Counted from the first letter of the stretch, positions 28,601 to 43,600 are shown. The stretch: 64,000 nucleotides of DNA from Antedon mediterranea (GCF_964355755.1 NC_092678.1:24817365-24881364); one strand, 5' to 3'. Translations and numbers: made by a program. The notes: generated by a model not told the origin, from the letters alone.

Positions 28601-31600
28601 AACTTAGCTGGGTAGTATTCATTTTATGGAACCTCATCCACATCTTCCTACCACAACAACATCCAGTTAAAAAAGTACCAAAATTAAGAGAGAATTTACA
28701 ATAATTATGAAAACCTTAACTTACTGGTATGTGCATTGTAGAAGCAATCATGTGATCATTGGAAGTGATCATGTGATCGGTGGAAGTGATCATGTGATCA
28801 GAAGCCGGGTCCGAGCAAGATGAGTGACTGGTTGGACTCTGAATAAAGAGTGCACTAGAGGATGTCAAAGTCATCGATGACGGGATTACTTCGTAAGTGT
28901 GGTAGGTGAGGGCGGTCAAATCATCATCGCCAGTTGCTATCGTTGGCGGGTCACAGTTACCATCTGTAAAGACAAAATAGGAAATAGCATATTAGTAAAA
29001 ACAAGTGTTTTAAATGAAAACTTGTGTTCAACATGTTATTGAACATTTATTTTTAAAAGTTTTGATGTTTCCTTTCCTAATTAAAAAAATTGGTTGGAAT
29101 AATATTAATGTTGAAAATATACAAATTACTATACTATGTTCAATTTTTTCAATTCATCGACATTTTTATTCCATAATCAAAATAAAAACATATACAAATA
29201 CAATACAAATAATAAGATAATGGAATGGGATACAAAATAAGCACAAGTGCTTTAAGCATGTAACCCTAACAAAAAGATCAAACAATTAGTACAAACAAAA
29301 AGAACAAACCAAAATAACATAATGTGATTTACTTAACTTAAATATTTCTATTGTTATAATATTGCTTTAATCTCTGTTTAAACAAACTTAAAGTGGGGGA
29401 TTGTTTTATATAGTCTGTTAAATTGTTCCAAATATGTGTTCCTTGGTAGGAAATACATTGCTGTCCGACTTTGGTGCGTTTTAGTTGTGGACAGTAGTTT
29501 GACCTGTTTCTAGTTGAGTAATTATGGAATGAGGCAGATGTACTAAATAAGTTATTAAATGATTCAGGTAATAGATTATGTTTATATTGATACATAAATA
29601 TAGCAGTGTGTTTCGTATAAAGGTCAAAAATATTTAATGTTTGGGTTGAAATAAAAAGTGGATGAGAAGGATGCATAAAATGAACATGACAAATATTTCT
29701 AAGTGCTTTTTTCTGGAGAATATGTATACGGTTTAAGTTTGTAGCAGAAGTAGCACCCCATACTGTGATAGCATACGTTATTCTAGGTAATATAAGTGCA
29801 TTGTATACCGTTAACAAGATTTTACTTGATAACATAGACTTCACTTTGTTTAAGACACCAATTATTCTAGAAATACTGTTTGCTACCTCATTTACATGAA
29901 AATTAAACGATAAAGTTTCATCCAGAAATAAGCCTAGAAATTTAACTTCAGTAGCTTTTACTATACATTCATTTCCCATCCTCAATTCTAGTGAGGTAGT
30001 GTCAGCTGACTTATTTCTAGCCTTAAATATAACATATTTTGATTTGTTTACATTTAGCGTTAATTTGTTAGCAATAAACCAGTCCGAAAGTATAGATAAC
30101 TCCTGGTTCATTGTATCAAAAGCTTGAGTAATATCATTGTGACTATAAAACACATTTGTGTCATCTGCATACATAATCATGTCTACATGGTTACATGCTA
30201 GACTAATATCATTAATGAATATAAGAAATAATAATGGACCCAATATGGATCCCTGAGGAACTCCAGTGTTTACTGTCATTTTACTAGATGCAGTATTAAC
30301 AATAAATGTGTATTGTAGTCTTTTTTTAAGATAGTTTGAGAACCAGTTTAGCGGAACTCCTCTTATACCATAAAATCTTAACTTATCTAATAATACATCA
30401 TGATCGATTGTATCAAACGCTTTTGATAAATCAAGGAAAACTCCTAGTGTGAACTCTTTATTCTCAATAGCGTTTGTGATTTTTTCAATCGATTGTATTA
30501 AAGCATGACTAGTTGAATGGTGTTGTCTAAATCCATACTGTGTTTTACTCAGTACGTTATATTTTGAGAGGTAACAAATCGTTTGATCATACACAATCCT
30601 CTCAAATATTTTGGAAAAAAAAAGGTAAAATGGAAATAGGCCGATAATTATTTATATCGGAGATGTCACCATTCTTAAATACCGGGATAACTTTAGCAAT
30701 TTTTATATCAGCCGGGACACAGCCCGATGATAATGACGTATTAATAATATGCAATAAAGGTTTTAAAATAAACGGGGAAGCAGATTTTATGAGTTGGGCA
30801 CTTATACCATCATGGCCAGGAGAAGTATTCTTTGTGTTTTTAATATAGTGGTTAAGTTCATGTTCAGTAACAGGCTTAAAAAACATTGAAGAGGTAAAAT
30901 TTCCCTTTAAGAAAGTTCTGTGGGTGATTTCTTCATTTTGAGATTCATGCCTAAATTTATTATTTAGTTTTTCTCCAATATTAATAAAAAAAGAGTTGAA
31001 TGCATCAGCTTTCTCATCATTATGAGAGAAAGTCTCAGTACCCAATTTTATTTTTGTAGGCAAATTGGTAGTCTTTTTCCTACCCATTATATCATTTAGG
31101 ATTGTCCACGTTTTTTTAATATCTTGTTTATTTCGTTCAAACTGGACCATATAATATTCTTTTTTCCGATTTCTAATAGTAGTGGTTAACTTGTTTCTAA
31201 AATGTATGTACGTACTTTTATTAGTAGTGGTGTTATTTTGTTTGTACTTTTTATATAATTTATGTTTTTGAGAGATAGCTCTGGCAATTTCAGCTGTGAT
31301 CCAAGGAGATTTTAACTTGTTCGCCTTATTTCTAATTCGTTTTAAAGGGAAACAATTATCAATTGTTTTATTTAAAGTGTTTGTAAAATTTTGATAAGCA
31401 ACATTCGCATTATTTGAGAATAGCACATCATTCCACTGATTACTTTGTAATTCTTGCAAAAAATACTCCGTTTGTTGAGGAGAGTATTGTCGTTTATATA
31501 CAAATCGAGGATATTGCTTATTATGTTTTTCCAAAGTATCTACACAGAATATTGGGAAGTGATCAGAAATATCAGTAATAAGTATTCCACTTTTAAGGGA

Positions 31601-34600
31601 CGTAGTAAAAGAATCGATGTTGCAATAAATGTTATCAATTATTGAAGCACAATTATTGGATATTCTAGTAGGACTTTTTATGATTGGCTGAAATGACTGA
31701 GAAAATATTGTGTCTAAGTGTGATTGGATAGTGTTGTCGGTAGATTGTTGGAGTAAGTTTATGTTATAGTCTCCCACAAGGTAAGCTTTCTTTTTTTCTA
31801 GATTAATCATTTGCATTACACATGTTAATTCATCATCAAACTTTTGCAAGGAACGTGAGGGTGGTCTATAAACTATACCACAAATAACATTATTTCCTGA
31901 TTCTAACTCAATCTCAATAAAAATAGTCTCTGCTTCAGTCATACAAGATGACAGATCATTTCTAATAATATATGTTAGTTTGTTGGTAACATAGAACGCT
32001 ACCCCACCACCTCTCTTATCTTTCCTATCATTGTGAATCAAACTGTAGCCTGGTAACTGGTATAGATTAATATTATCTTTTTCGGTTAACCAGGTTTCAC
32101 TGAAGGCAATGACGGAGAAGGCATGTACGAGTGAGTCTAAATAGTTTGAGATTAAGTCAAACTTATTAACAACACTACGACAGTTTAGTCCAAATATAGA
32201 AAAGTTTGATGATAAATTAGAATGTTCAAGTGAAGAAATTAAGTTATCTTCGTTAAAATATTCTGTGCTCACATTTACATTATCAAAAAGGTCACATTCA
32301 AACATTTAAATTAGACAGAAAAGGAAATGACAAATGAATAAAATTGAGCAAGCTGCTTACAGCAGAGAATAGTTAACACTATATAGCCTAAGTTAACAAG
32401 TATGTACAATAAATTACAATATATACAATGTAATATGAATTGTTTTATCATGACATACCAACAACAACTAAACGACAGGCAGTGAAACAATAATGATGAT
32501 CATGGACGCCAATTAAATATTTGGTTAACTTAAAAGATGTTGATCAATCTAACTCACCGATGTACAGAATGTATTATTATGGCAAGTTATCGTTACTCAC
32601 TGGTAAGTCAAACATCGCCGGTAAACAGCTACGTTGAAACGGTCTAGAACATGATGTCTCAATAACGGCGCTCACTTATTAATCACATCAGCCACTTAAT
32701 GTTGTTATAATTTGTCATTATACATCACTAGTAAAGTACGGATAGTATAACTTAAATACATTTAGTTGTGTTGTGTTTCATTAAAACGATGTGTTTAACG
32801 TTTACGAGTTTGATCAACCCAGTAACTCATCGATGAATGTAGTAACTTAACCTCAACAGTATTTTAACCTAACAATGAAACACTGTGATAACTTCTTACA
32901 GTTATTTTTCACTATTGGTTTGTTGAAAATAAATTATTTCATCGTGAGGTGGTTTTCCAAATGATCGTAAAATCAAAACGGTACTGGGTATGATCACCTA
33001 GCGTTCTTTTCACCAACTAACCATCCATTGGATTACCATACAACTACATTATTTTATTTTTAAAATTTTATTTTATTCAATCAAAACCAACAGCGATAAT
33101 TACTGCCACTAACAGGTTTGATACAAACAAAGCCAGGACTGTTTAAAGCACCTTGATTGGTCCTAACATTGATCAAGTGCTTCTATTATCCAGTGCCCAA
33201 CTTGACCAGAGGAAAAGCATTGCCAACTGCAGGCTTGTGGCAAAATTAAAGATAATAAATATATTTTGTTCTTTTTTTTATGAGGGTAGGATGTGCCAGA
33301 GAAGCACCACGTCAACACAATACAAATCGCAGACTGACACAACAGACTGACAAGAGCATCACATGTATGGAACGCCTCCTCTGCCTTCAGTTCACATTTA
33401 TCATGCAGTACACACCAATGGTCATGCAGTACACACCAATGGTCATGCAGTACACACCAATGGTCATGCAGTACACACCAATCGTCATGCAGTACACACC
33501 AAACATCATGCAGTACACACCAATCGTCATGCAGTACACACCAAACATCATGCAGTACACACCAATTGTCATGCAGTCAAATATTGCGTAATTTATACCG
33601 CCACCTATCGACAAAATCGAATATCACGTGACGTCTATTAGACGGCTGTAAAACTAAGGCCATCGACTCTAAGATTTATTTTATGCTTGACATACTGTAC
33701 TTATTTTAACCGCTACACATCTTTGTGAATGCTCTGTTTTTTATATATATACAATAATTTATTATGCGAGACACAGGCGCGGCTAGGAGGCCATTGCAAT
33801 TATTGAATTCCATAAAATAAGAAGAGAAAAAGAAATAAATAGTCTTAGTTTTACAACCGTCTAATAAACGTCATGTGGTATTCGATTTTGTCGATAGGTG
33901 GCGGTATAAATTACGCAATATTTGACTGCATGATGATTGGTGTGTACTGCATGACGATTGGTGTGTACTGCATGACGATTGGTGTGTACTGCATGACCAT
34001 TGGTGTGTACTGCATGACGATTGGTGTGTACTGCATGACAATTGGTGTGTACTGCATGACGTTTGGTGTGTACTGCATGATGTTTGGTGTGTACTGCATG
34101 ACGATTGGTGTGTACTGCATGATGTTTGGTGTGTACTGCATGACGATTGGTGTGTACTGCATGACCATTGGTGTGTACTGCATGACGATTGGTGTGTACT
34201 GCATGATAAATGTGAACTGAAGGCAGAGGAGGCGTTCCATACACATGGACCTATAAAAAGTTATATGTCCATACTTGTGAAGGTCAAATGCAACGGTTAT
34301 CTCAAAAGGTTAGGACTGGTTTGGTTAACTTGACTTTAATATTAAAGTATTACGATAGAAGTAAAATCAATTAAAATTGTGGCAACAAGATTATCTAAAT
34401 TGCTATTTTTGTCACGGTTGAACAATGTTAAAAGAAGTTGTATCACGGTACAAATAACTTTATAAATTCAGTATACAATGGCATATGCACCAACAAAAAC
34501 TAAAAGGCTCTGCACAGTATTGAGTTCACAATATCTTACAACATGAGAAAAAGAGAATTCAGGAAAAACTTCCTAAAGTCAAAGTTTACTGAACAATTAT

Positions 34601-37600
34601 TCAGAATTATGAAAATCAAGAAATATGTGTTATTGATTTAGTATTATAATTTGGAATAGATCCAGTTTGTGCTTAAGCAGTCGTTAAGTCTAGCTGACTT
34701 AACAGTCATTATGATTTATTTAATCAAATTTAAATTGATTTTGAATTTAAAGAGATTTGCACAATTTATACCAAAGAAATAGTTAACTAGTTATAAATGA
34801 AACCAAAGAAACATTTTTGTTTGAATCATTGATTAAAGATTAAGTTCCTGTTTCTGCTGCAAAAAAATAACCGGTTAATAACCGTGTGAATAAATTAACC
34901 CAAATTTCTTAGGAGCAGAAACAGGACATTGCATTTTGGGTACAGTTTCCGTCAACCACCCACTGATTTAAACTGATTTAGGAGCAGAAATACAGGACAT
35001 TGCATTTTGGGTACAGTTTCCGTCAACCACCCACTGATTTAAACTGATTTAGGAGCAGAAACAGGACATTGCATTTTGGGTACGGCTAAGGATTTCCGTC
35101 AACCACCCACTGATTTAAACTGTGATTTAGGAGCAGAAATGCAAAAATTATATTTTAAATCTATATTGAAATAAATGGTTTATTCGGTCCTATGAAGCAG
35201 AAACAGATACTAATAGTAACATGTAGGCAACTGCGGAGGATACTTTAAATGTGTACATCTTTGAGGGCCTGAAGAATAAGATTGTCTCTTTGCCTTCTCC
35301 TTTTCTTTTATTACACTATTATGTCCTCTAGCTTTAATTTATAGAAGATGATTTGTTTGATTTCAATTACAGTGAAACTTACTATGATGAGTAGAGATAA
35401 ACAGGTTTAAAAAGTACATTATTGGCACACACTAAAAAACTTGGCTTTTGAAAGCACCCTGTACTTACCAAAATTAGGGCTACAATTTAATGGGTGACGA
35501 GAGCTAAATACAAGACGGAAACTTAAGTAAGAAACTTGACTGTAGGATGGGTGGAGCAAGGACATCATAAAAATCAACACATAATATAACAAAAACAGGT
35601 TTAAGTCTCTTGATGTGTGATCTATAGTAAGGCCGGGGTTCAATAGGCCTATGTGTACATTTTGTGTAAAGATAAACACATAATATACATTTATTCTTTA
35701 TGCTATAGGTAAAATGTAATTATCTATCTTTGTGATTTAATCAAAACCATTATAACACATGTTGAACTTTGTCTAAAAATGTAAAAAAAAAGCTTAATCT
35801 TACAGGTATAAAATAAAGAATAAAGAAAAGAATTTTTTTAGTCACTGTCATTGAATAAACTAAATCAAATATTAATAAACTAAAAGTTGCTGAGTGTATG
35901 TGAAGCATTTTAACCTGTCTGACCCAATGAAGGAGAAATAGCTTATTAATGTCATTTTCCGCCATCGCGCATTAATGCTAATCACATCACTGGTACAAGA
36001 TGACTCAAGATGTAAATCATCAAAATATCAACATTATGTTAATTTATTAAATAACTAGATTGCTTGTTTTTATATCAATAAACAAGATAATACAGACAGT
36101 GAGCAAGACATATCTGCTGCTGCTTATGCCACTCAGCAAAATTCTATCATAAATGTGTCTATTTTGAGAGCCGTTTACTAAAGCTCTGTCTACACTATCA
36201 AACTTTATGTGACAAAAAAATGTGATGTGCCCATATATGGACATGTCATATCACTACCATATTTGGGCATTAATGCTGCCATATTTGGGCACATCACATT
36301 TTTTTGTCAATCTAGTTTGATAGTGTAAACAGAGCTTTATACCTGCTGCTATTGGATTTTTATATGTACTGTATACAATGGAACCCTTATTAAGCCTGTG
36401 TTTCCACTAGACGAATTTGCGCGATTCAGAACGTCAGCTTATAGGCATGCGATGTTACCATCTTATATGTTTGCCATACAGTATTATAAGGATATATAGT
36501 GAGTCTACATAGGATTTTTTTGGAGTTTATAACCAACTTTTTGCATACCCAACGCTATGTTTCTCTAATTATCCTCAACCTATTTTGTTGACCAAACATT
36601 ATAGTTTACAGAAAGTAATATTGGCAAGCTAAATACAAAATAAAAAATAAACTGTCAATTTAGAGTCCTTGACCATCTAGCGATATAATCAGATTTGATA
36701 ATTAACTTATTAAAGATGGCTAAAGTAATAATTACTGACCAAAGCCTTAAACTTGAACCAAACACTTTGGCTTATAGTCACCAATTGATATGACAATACC
36801 ACATTTCTGATAAAGTGAATGGCCTTCCTTTTTATAAAATTCGACAACGTATTGAAAAATAAAAACGATGGGTGAAACACACTGAAAAAGCAACTGACCG
36901 TGAAATGGCAGAAATAAATTTGTGCTAATTATCAATTTTGTGCGTGTCCTTTATTCATTATGAGTATCTTTAAATAGCCAATGAGTGATGTAATAGTTCA
37001 CACACAAAAAAAACTTATTCTTCAGAATTTACAATATTCCACCAAAATTGAAGACATTTTTCATCTATTGTGAGAATGTTGGAAAGTTGGGATGTGCTTT
37101 CTAAATGACTTGACACAATTGTGGTGCATTTCTGGTCCGGGCAAGACCAACGACACACAGACACACACAGATGTCAAAATCAAAAGTACACTAATATCAA
37201 TAACTTAATAACTATATAGATTGTGAAAGACATCCTTTATCTATTTGAAACATAATTGGGATGGAACGCATTAAAGTATTTTAGAGAATTACCACAAGAA
37301 ATGTCAGATCATTAATAGCTACATGTAGGTTAATCCCGGACATATATGTTACAATATAACTATTCCCAATATTAATACTATTTCTTTTTTAAATAAAAAA
37401 AAATTGCTATCCTTGAACGCTAACATTCGATGGGAAATAATTAATTTAGAACGATTAATCACGGGATGTTGGGGGGAAGAAATGCAATGGTGTTTGTCTC
37501 TATCAACGAGGTAAATGAACAAATTTCAGTCGTAAAATATCGAGAGTAAAATCGGTGTTAACAGGTGTCAAGGGCTGTACAAGTGAAGGGAAAAAAAGAA

Positions 37601-40600
37601 AGCGGGGGTAAGCGGGGGTAAGCGGGGGTAAGCGGGGGTAAGCCCAGTGGTAAATTAATTTTGAAATTTGTTGACAGAATGTTGTGCACATTGTAAGCAA
37701 AGATTATATGAATAATTGACCTTAAAAATACTACAAAGTGTAAGAAACATTACAAGCTGATAAAAGAAGGTAATATATAATGAGGATTAAAGTGATCTTA
37801 TTGGTTCGTTGTTTATCTTATGAAGTAAAGTAGTAGTAGTATTGAAGGTTATTAGGTGGTAATATAGGGTGGGTAGTAACCATCATCTGGAAGAAGATAA
37901 ATACTAGTATTGAGGGTTATTAGGTGGTAATATAGGCTGGGTAGTAACCATCATCTGGAAGAAGATAAATACTAGTATTGAGGGTTATTAGGTGGTAATA
38001 TAGGCTGGGTAGTAACCATCATCTGGAAGAAGATAAATACTAGTATTGAGGGTTATTAGGTGGTAATATAGGCTGGGTAGTAACCATCATCTGGAAGAAG
38101 ATAAATACTAGTATTGAGGGTTATTAGGTGGTAATATAGGCTGGGTAGTAACCATCATCTGGAAGAAGATAAATACTAGTATTGAGGGTTATTAGGTGGT
38201 AATATAGGGTGGGTAGTAACCATCATCTGGAAGAAGATAAATACTAGTATTGAGGGTTATTAGGTGGTAATATAGGCTGGGTAGTAACCATCATCTGGAA
38301 GAAGATAAATACTAGTATTGAGGGTTATTAGGTGGTAATATAGGGTGGGTAGTAACCATCATCTGGAAGAAGATAAATACTAGTATTGAGGGTTATTAGG
38401 TGGTAATATAGGCTGGGTAGTAACCATCATCTGGAAGAAGATAAATACTAGTATTGAGGGTTATTAGGTGGTAATATAGGGTGGGTAGTAACCATCATCT
38501 GGAAGAAGATAAATACTAGTATTGAGGGTTATTAGGTGGTAATATAGGGTGGGTAGTAACCATCATCTGGAAGAAGATAAATACTAGTATTCAGGGTTAT
38601 TAGGTGGTAATATAGGGTGGGTAGTAACCATCATCTGGAAGAAGATAAATACTAGTATTGAGGGTTATTAGGTGGTAATATAGGGTGGGTAGTAACCATC
38701 ATCTGGAAGAAGATAAATACTAGTATTGAGGGTTATCAGGTGGTAATATAGGGTGGGTAGTAACCATCATCTGGAAGAAGATAAATACTAGTATTCAGGG
38801 TTATTAGGTGGTAATATAGGGTGGGTAGTAACCATCATCTGGAAGAAGATAAATACTAGTATTCAGGGTTATTAGGTGGTAATATAGGGTGGGTAGTAAC
38901 CATCATCTGGAAGAAGATAAATACTAGTATTGAGGGTTATTAGGTGGTAATATAGGCTGGGTAGTAACCATCATCTGGAAGAAGATAAACACGTTTAAGT
39001 GGGCCAATTTTGGCATCTTTTTAGTAGGATGTATATTTTATTATTACATACTTCAAATGGGAAATCTACTTTAATTGAGGTGCTCATTTAAAAAGAAATA
39101 AATATTGTTTGTGAGATGGAAGTGGACACCATAAGCACTGTATTTTAATGTTATTTTGATTCCCACGTATAAAAAGGTGAAAACTGTATTATCATTATTA
39201 TTATATATTGTTAGTTTTTCATTTATCTGGTTTTGTATATCTCAGAGCAAACATATAAATAATAAATGGAAGTAATTTTCCATTTATGAATGAATGAATA
39301 TGCAACCATACTACAGATAAATACTTATCAAAAACATAATTAATAATTTTTTTGAAGCATAGAATTTGTAAACCAGATGTTGAACATTCTGAAGAGAAGA
39401 TTATAAGCATGTTCGACTTTTAAAATAGCAGCGACTCCGCAGTCTGCCGCCCACGTCTCACTTTCCCAAAGGAAATGTACAATTTGAACTTTGTAAAACA
39501 CAAAATCTAGGAAATTTAGTTGTGATGTGATTGATGTAAGGAAGGAGTGTATGTCAAAGACATGACCAATCGTTACAAAAATAATTAACATGCTATGTGA
39601 CTGAGACGCACATTTAAACGGAACACATGAATTAGGAATCATTTCGTCATTTAATTTAATACATTGCATCATATTATATAATTAATTGAATATTTGCAAA
39701 CTCATTGACATTTGGAAAAGTTTAAAAGTATAAATTAACCATCTCTTTCAGATATTTGTGCAACATACATAGAATCAGAAAACACAAAAAGAGAAGTCAT
39801 ACTAATTTAGTCATTGTCATCAAACACTTCTCATCTCAGTCACTCTTGGGTTGTTTGGTTCCAGAAATTATGGCACAATATTCCGAATTGACCAGACTAT
39901 TAAGGCCAATTTACACAGACAAGCAGTACCAGTAAGCATTGTATGGTATCCATCCCATCCACTCAGCATTGTATGGTATAATATGTAAGGAATAATATAG
40001 ATTATCGCTTGTCTGTGTAAATTGGCCTTTAGGAGAGTCTACTGTACTACCAGCAAAATATTTTTGAAAACTTTTTTTTCTATAGGAAGAGCGGTAAACC
40101 ATGATGTAGCTTGTCCCATGTAGAGTCTGTATCTTGAGCGGAAACTGCCCATCCACTCCGCATTATATCTTCATAAGGAATAACATCGATTATATTACTG
40201 TTACCGCTCGTCTGTGTAAATTAGCCTGTAGCAGAGTCACTGTACTACCAGTTAGTATCATTGTGTCCTTATTTTATTTTTTTACTTTTTTTTCTACAGG
40301 TCTAATAACCCGTCTACATCCTCAAACACAAACTTCCTTTTGCTTTCAAGTGACATGAAATTATGGGAAGACTAACAGACGATTCATTAGTTTATTGGAA
40401 ATTAACTATCTCTAATCACTTCTCACCAACAGTTTCAGCAGAAAATAGGAAAATCTTGACATTTTAACTGAAATAAACCAATGAAGCACACTCTACATAC
40501 AGGTTTCTCTAGCTAATTGGTTCAGTCAAATAGTTCAGCAGAGCTTTTCAGTCCTAAAGCTGTCTACACTATCAAACTAGTTTGACAAAAAACAGTGTGA

Positions 40601-43600
40601 TGTGCCCAAATATTGTAGTGATATGCCCAAATATGGTAGTGATACGACATCATCATGTCTATATACGGGTACATTTTTTTTTCACATTTTTTTATCACAT
40701 ACAGTTTGGTATGACAGAGCTTTACTACTAATTATGTAGCCTAAACCAAAGTTTAAAAAACAGTGAATTTTACTGAGAAATAATTGCCTTCCTCAGAATC
40801 ACCACAGATTATCATCAACATAACATTTGATAACAGAAAACCAATCAAAAAATACACATTGATTAAAACAAATTGGCTGCTGAACCCTATAATTATGTAA
40901 CTCCCAATCAAAGTTACAATGAGCCCACAGGGAAATAATGTCACAATTTACATTTATCATCAAAAAAGACATCGGAGTCACAAAACCTGTGCCAATAGAA
41001 ACAAATTGTAAGATGAATAATGATAAAGAATTTCATAGGGAAATTAGCAATACCAAGTGCTAGGGTTTAAGGCTGATGACAATGCAGCTAGCGGTGACAT
41101 ACTGATACAGCAGCTACTAGGACGCCTATAACAGAGATCTAAAAAGCCAGTTAAATGTGAGGAGGGTCTATATCTAAAAAGGATGTGGGCAATGATGATA
41201 CTAATATAAAAGTACAGAAATAAACTAAAACAAAAACTATACTAAAAACAAAACAAAAAATAACCTTAGAAATTACATTTTCGGAAATATTGGAGATTTT
41301 TAAATAATCCTGTAGACTTTCAAAACTTGAAAACAAAAACTATGAAAAAAAAACACACAATGTATTTTATACTTGTTTACGTCTGTTTTACAATTTTTAT
41401 TTTATCTCTATCTAGGGAGAAAAGAAAAGAATTAATATGCGCTTGGCAAGGAATGTTATAATTCCTTTACAGCTTAAAAATTTAAAAATGTGACGTTAAA
41501 AAGTAAACAAAATTCAATTCATGGTGGGCAAATACTTGATTCGAACACAACTCTACGATAGAAGACACGTCTTATGAAATATTAAATCATTTATTAATTA
41601 TTTTATGTCTTATTTCCAAATCGACGAAGTGTAAACACTTCAAAGAAAAAGGAAATGATAAAATACATGCACACATGATCAGCGCTTAAAAGATTATTTC
41701 TATAATTATTTTAATCATTTATAATATAGTTGTGACGATTATAAACAAGTAAAGTCTAATACTATCATCATCAAATCTTATTAAATTCAAGGCCATAACA
41801 CAACTAGTTTAAAATTGATGAACTCAGAAAAGTGCACTTAATTTATCAATGTTAATGCAAGTTTTATTTATTATTTGCCAGCTAATTCATCTTTTGTAAA
41901 ATAGTTATGGACAATATGATAAACACTGGCCACTACAAATTGAACATTCTCATGGGGTTTACACATGCAATGGGGCTTGAGGCCAAATTTAAATCAGGCT
42001 TTAATAAGCAGTCACAAGGCCTAGGGCAGAGCTGAACTTGAGAAGCAACATTAAAAGTTAAAAGATGTTATTACCATCATGAGGCATAGAATTATAAATA
42101 AATATATGTCATTAGCAATGTTGTACATTTGATATAGAACTTTATACCAAAGTCACAATGTGCTTAAAAAAAGTCAGCAACCTGGTAACCAACTTAAGCT
42201 CTGTCTACACTATCAAACTAGTTTGACAAGAAAAGCATCACATGTTTTTGTCACGAAGATTGATAATGAGCACAACTTACCTTGATTTGTCATTTGAATA
42301 GGTAGTTGTAACGTGAAACTTTTTCCTATAAGATCCGACATCTTAATTTGTGTTGGTAGGCCGTGTATGGCCTCTATATTGGCATTCATTGATGGGTCAT
42401 TCCGAGGTCTTGTTCCATACGCAACTTCTCCTGACTTTAGTCTGGTCAATATTTCTATAATAAAATTGTATTAAGAAATCAGTAAATGTAAATTCTTAAA
42501 TAAATCAGTTGTACACAAAGAAAATAGAGGTTTAGAGATTTGACTATTATACAGAGAGACCAAGGTTCCACTCAGCTGTAAAAGAGTGGTTGAAGAAATT
42601 CAATTCAATTCATTCCGGATTAAACAATACAAACAATAAGACATACATCACACACGCTAGACCCAGGGGACTCCAACAGCAAACTCAATCACTTGAAGAT
42701 AAGGCAGCATTGAAAGGAACAGGCCACCCTAACACATAATGCTGCAAACTCAATCACTTGAAGATAAGGCGGCGTTGAAAGGAACAGGCCACCCTAACAC
42801 ATAATGCTGCAAACTCAATCACTTGAAGATAAGGCGGCGTTGAAAGAACAGGCCACCCTAACACATAATGCTGCAAACTCAATCACTTGAAGATAAGGCG
42901 GCGTTGAAAGAACAGGCCACCCTAACACATAATGCTGCAAACTCAATCACTTGAAGATAAGGCGGCATTGAAAGGAACAGGCCACCCTAACACATAATGC
43001 TGCAAACTCAATCACTTGAAGATAAGGCGGCGTTGAAAGGAACAGGCCACCCTAACACATAATGCTGCAAACACAATCACTTGAAGATAAGGCGGCGTTG
43101 AAAGGAACAGGCCACCCTAACACATAATGCTGCAAACACAATCACTTGAAGATAAGGCGGCGTTGAAAGGAACAGGCCACCCTAACACATAATGCTGCAA
43201 ACACAATCACTTGAAGATAAGGTGGCGTTGAAAGGAACAGGCCACCCTAACACATAATGCTGCAAACACAATCACTTGAAGATAAGGCGGCGTTGAAAGG
43301 AACAGGCCACCCTAACACATAATGCTGCAAACACAATCACTTGAAGATAAGGCGGCGTTGAAAGGAACAGGCCACCCTAACACATAATGCTGCAAACTCA
43401 ATCACTTGAAGATAAGGCGGCGTTGAAAGGAACAGGCCACCCTAACACATAATGCTGCAAACACAATCACTTGAAGATAAGGCGGCATTGAAAGGAACAG
43501 GCCACCCTAACACATAATGCTGCAAACACAATCACTTGAAGATAAGGCGGCGTTGAAAGGAACAGGCCACCCTAACACATAATGCTGCAAACACAATCAC

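Noticed and set aside
30615-30623. Programmed ribosomal frameshift in LINE ORF2
   Set aside because: APE-RT is normally one ORF in this group; homopolymer slippage or a sequencing error is simpler.
33280-34246. ORFs encoding MQYTP / HAVHTN repeat proteins
   Set aside because: By-products of a stop-free 21-bp repeat that is open in several frames on both strands within inverted arms.
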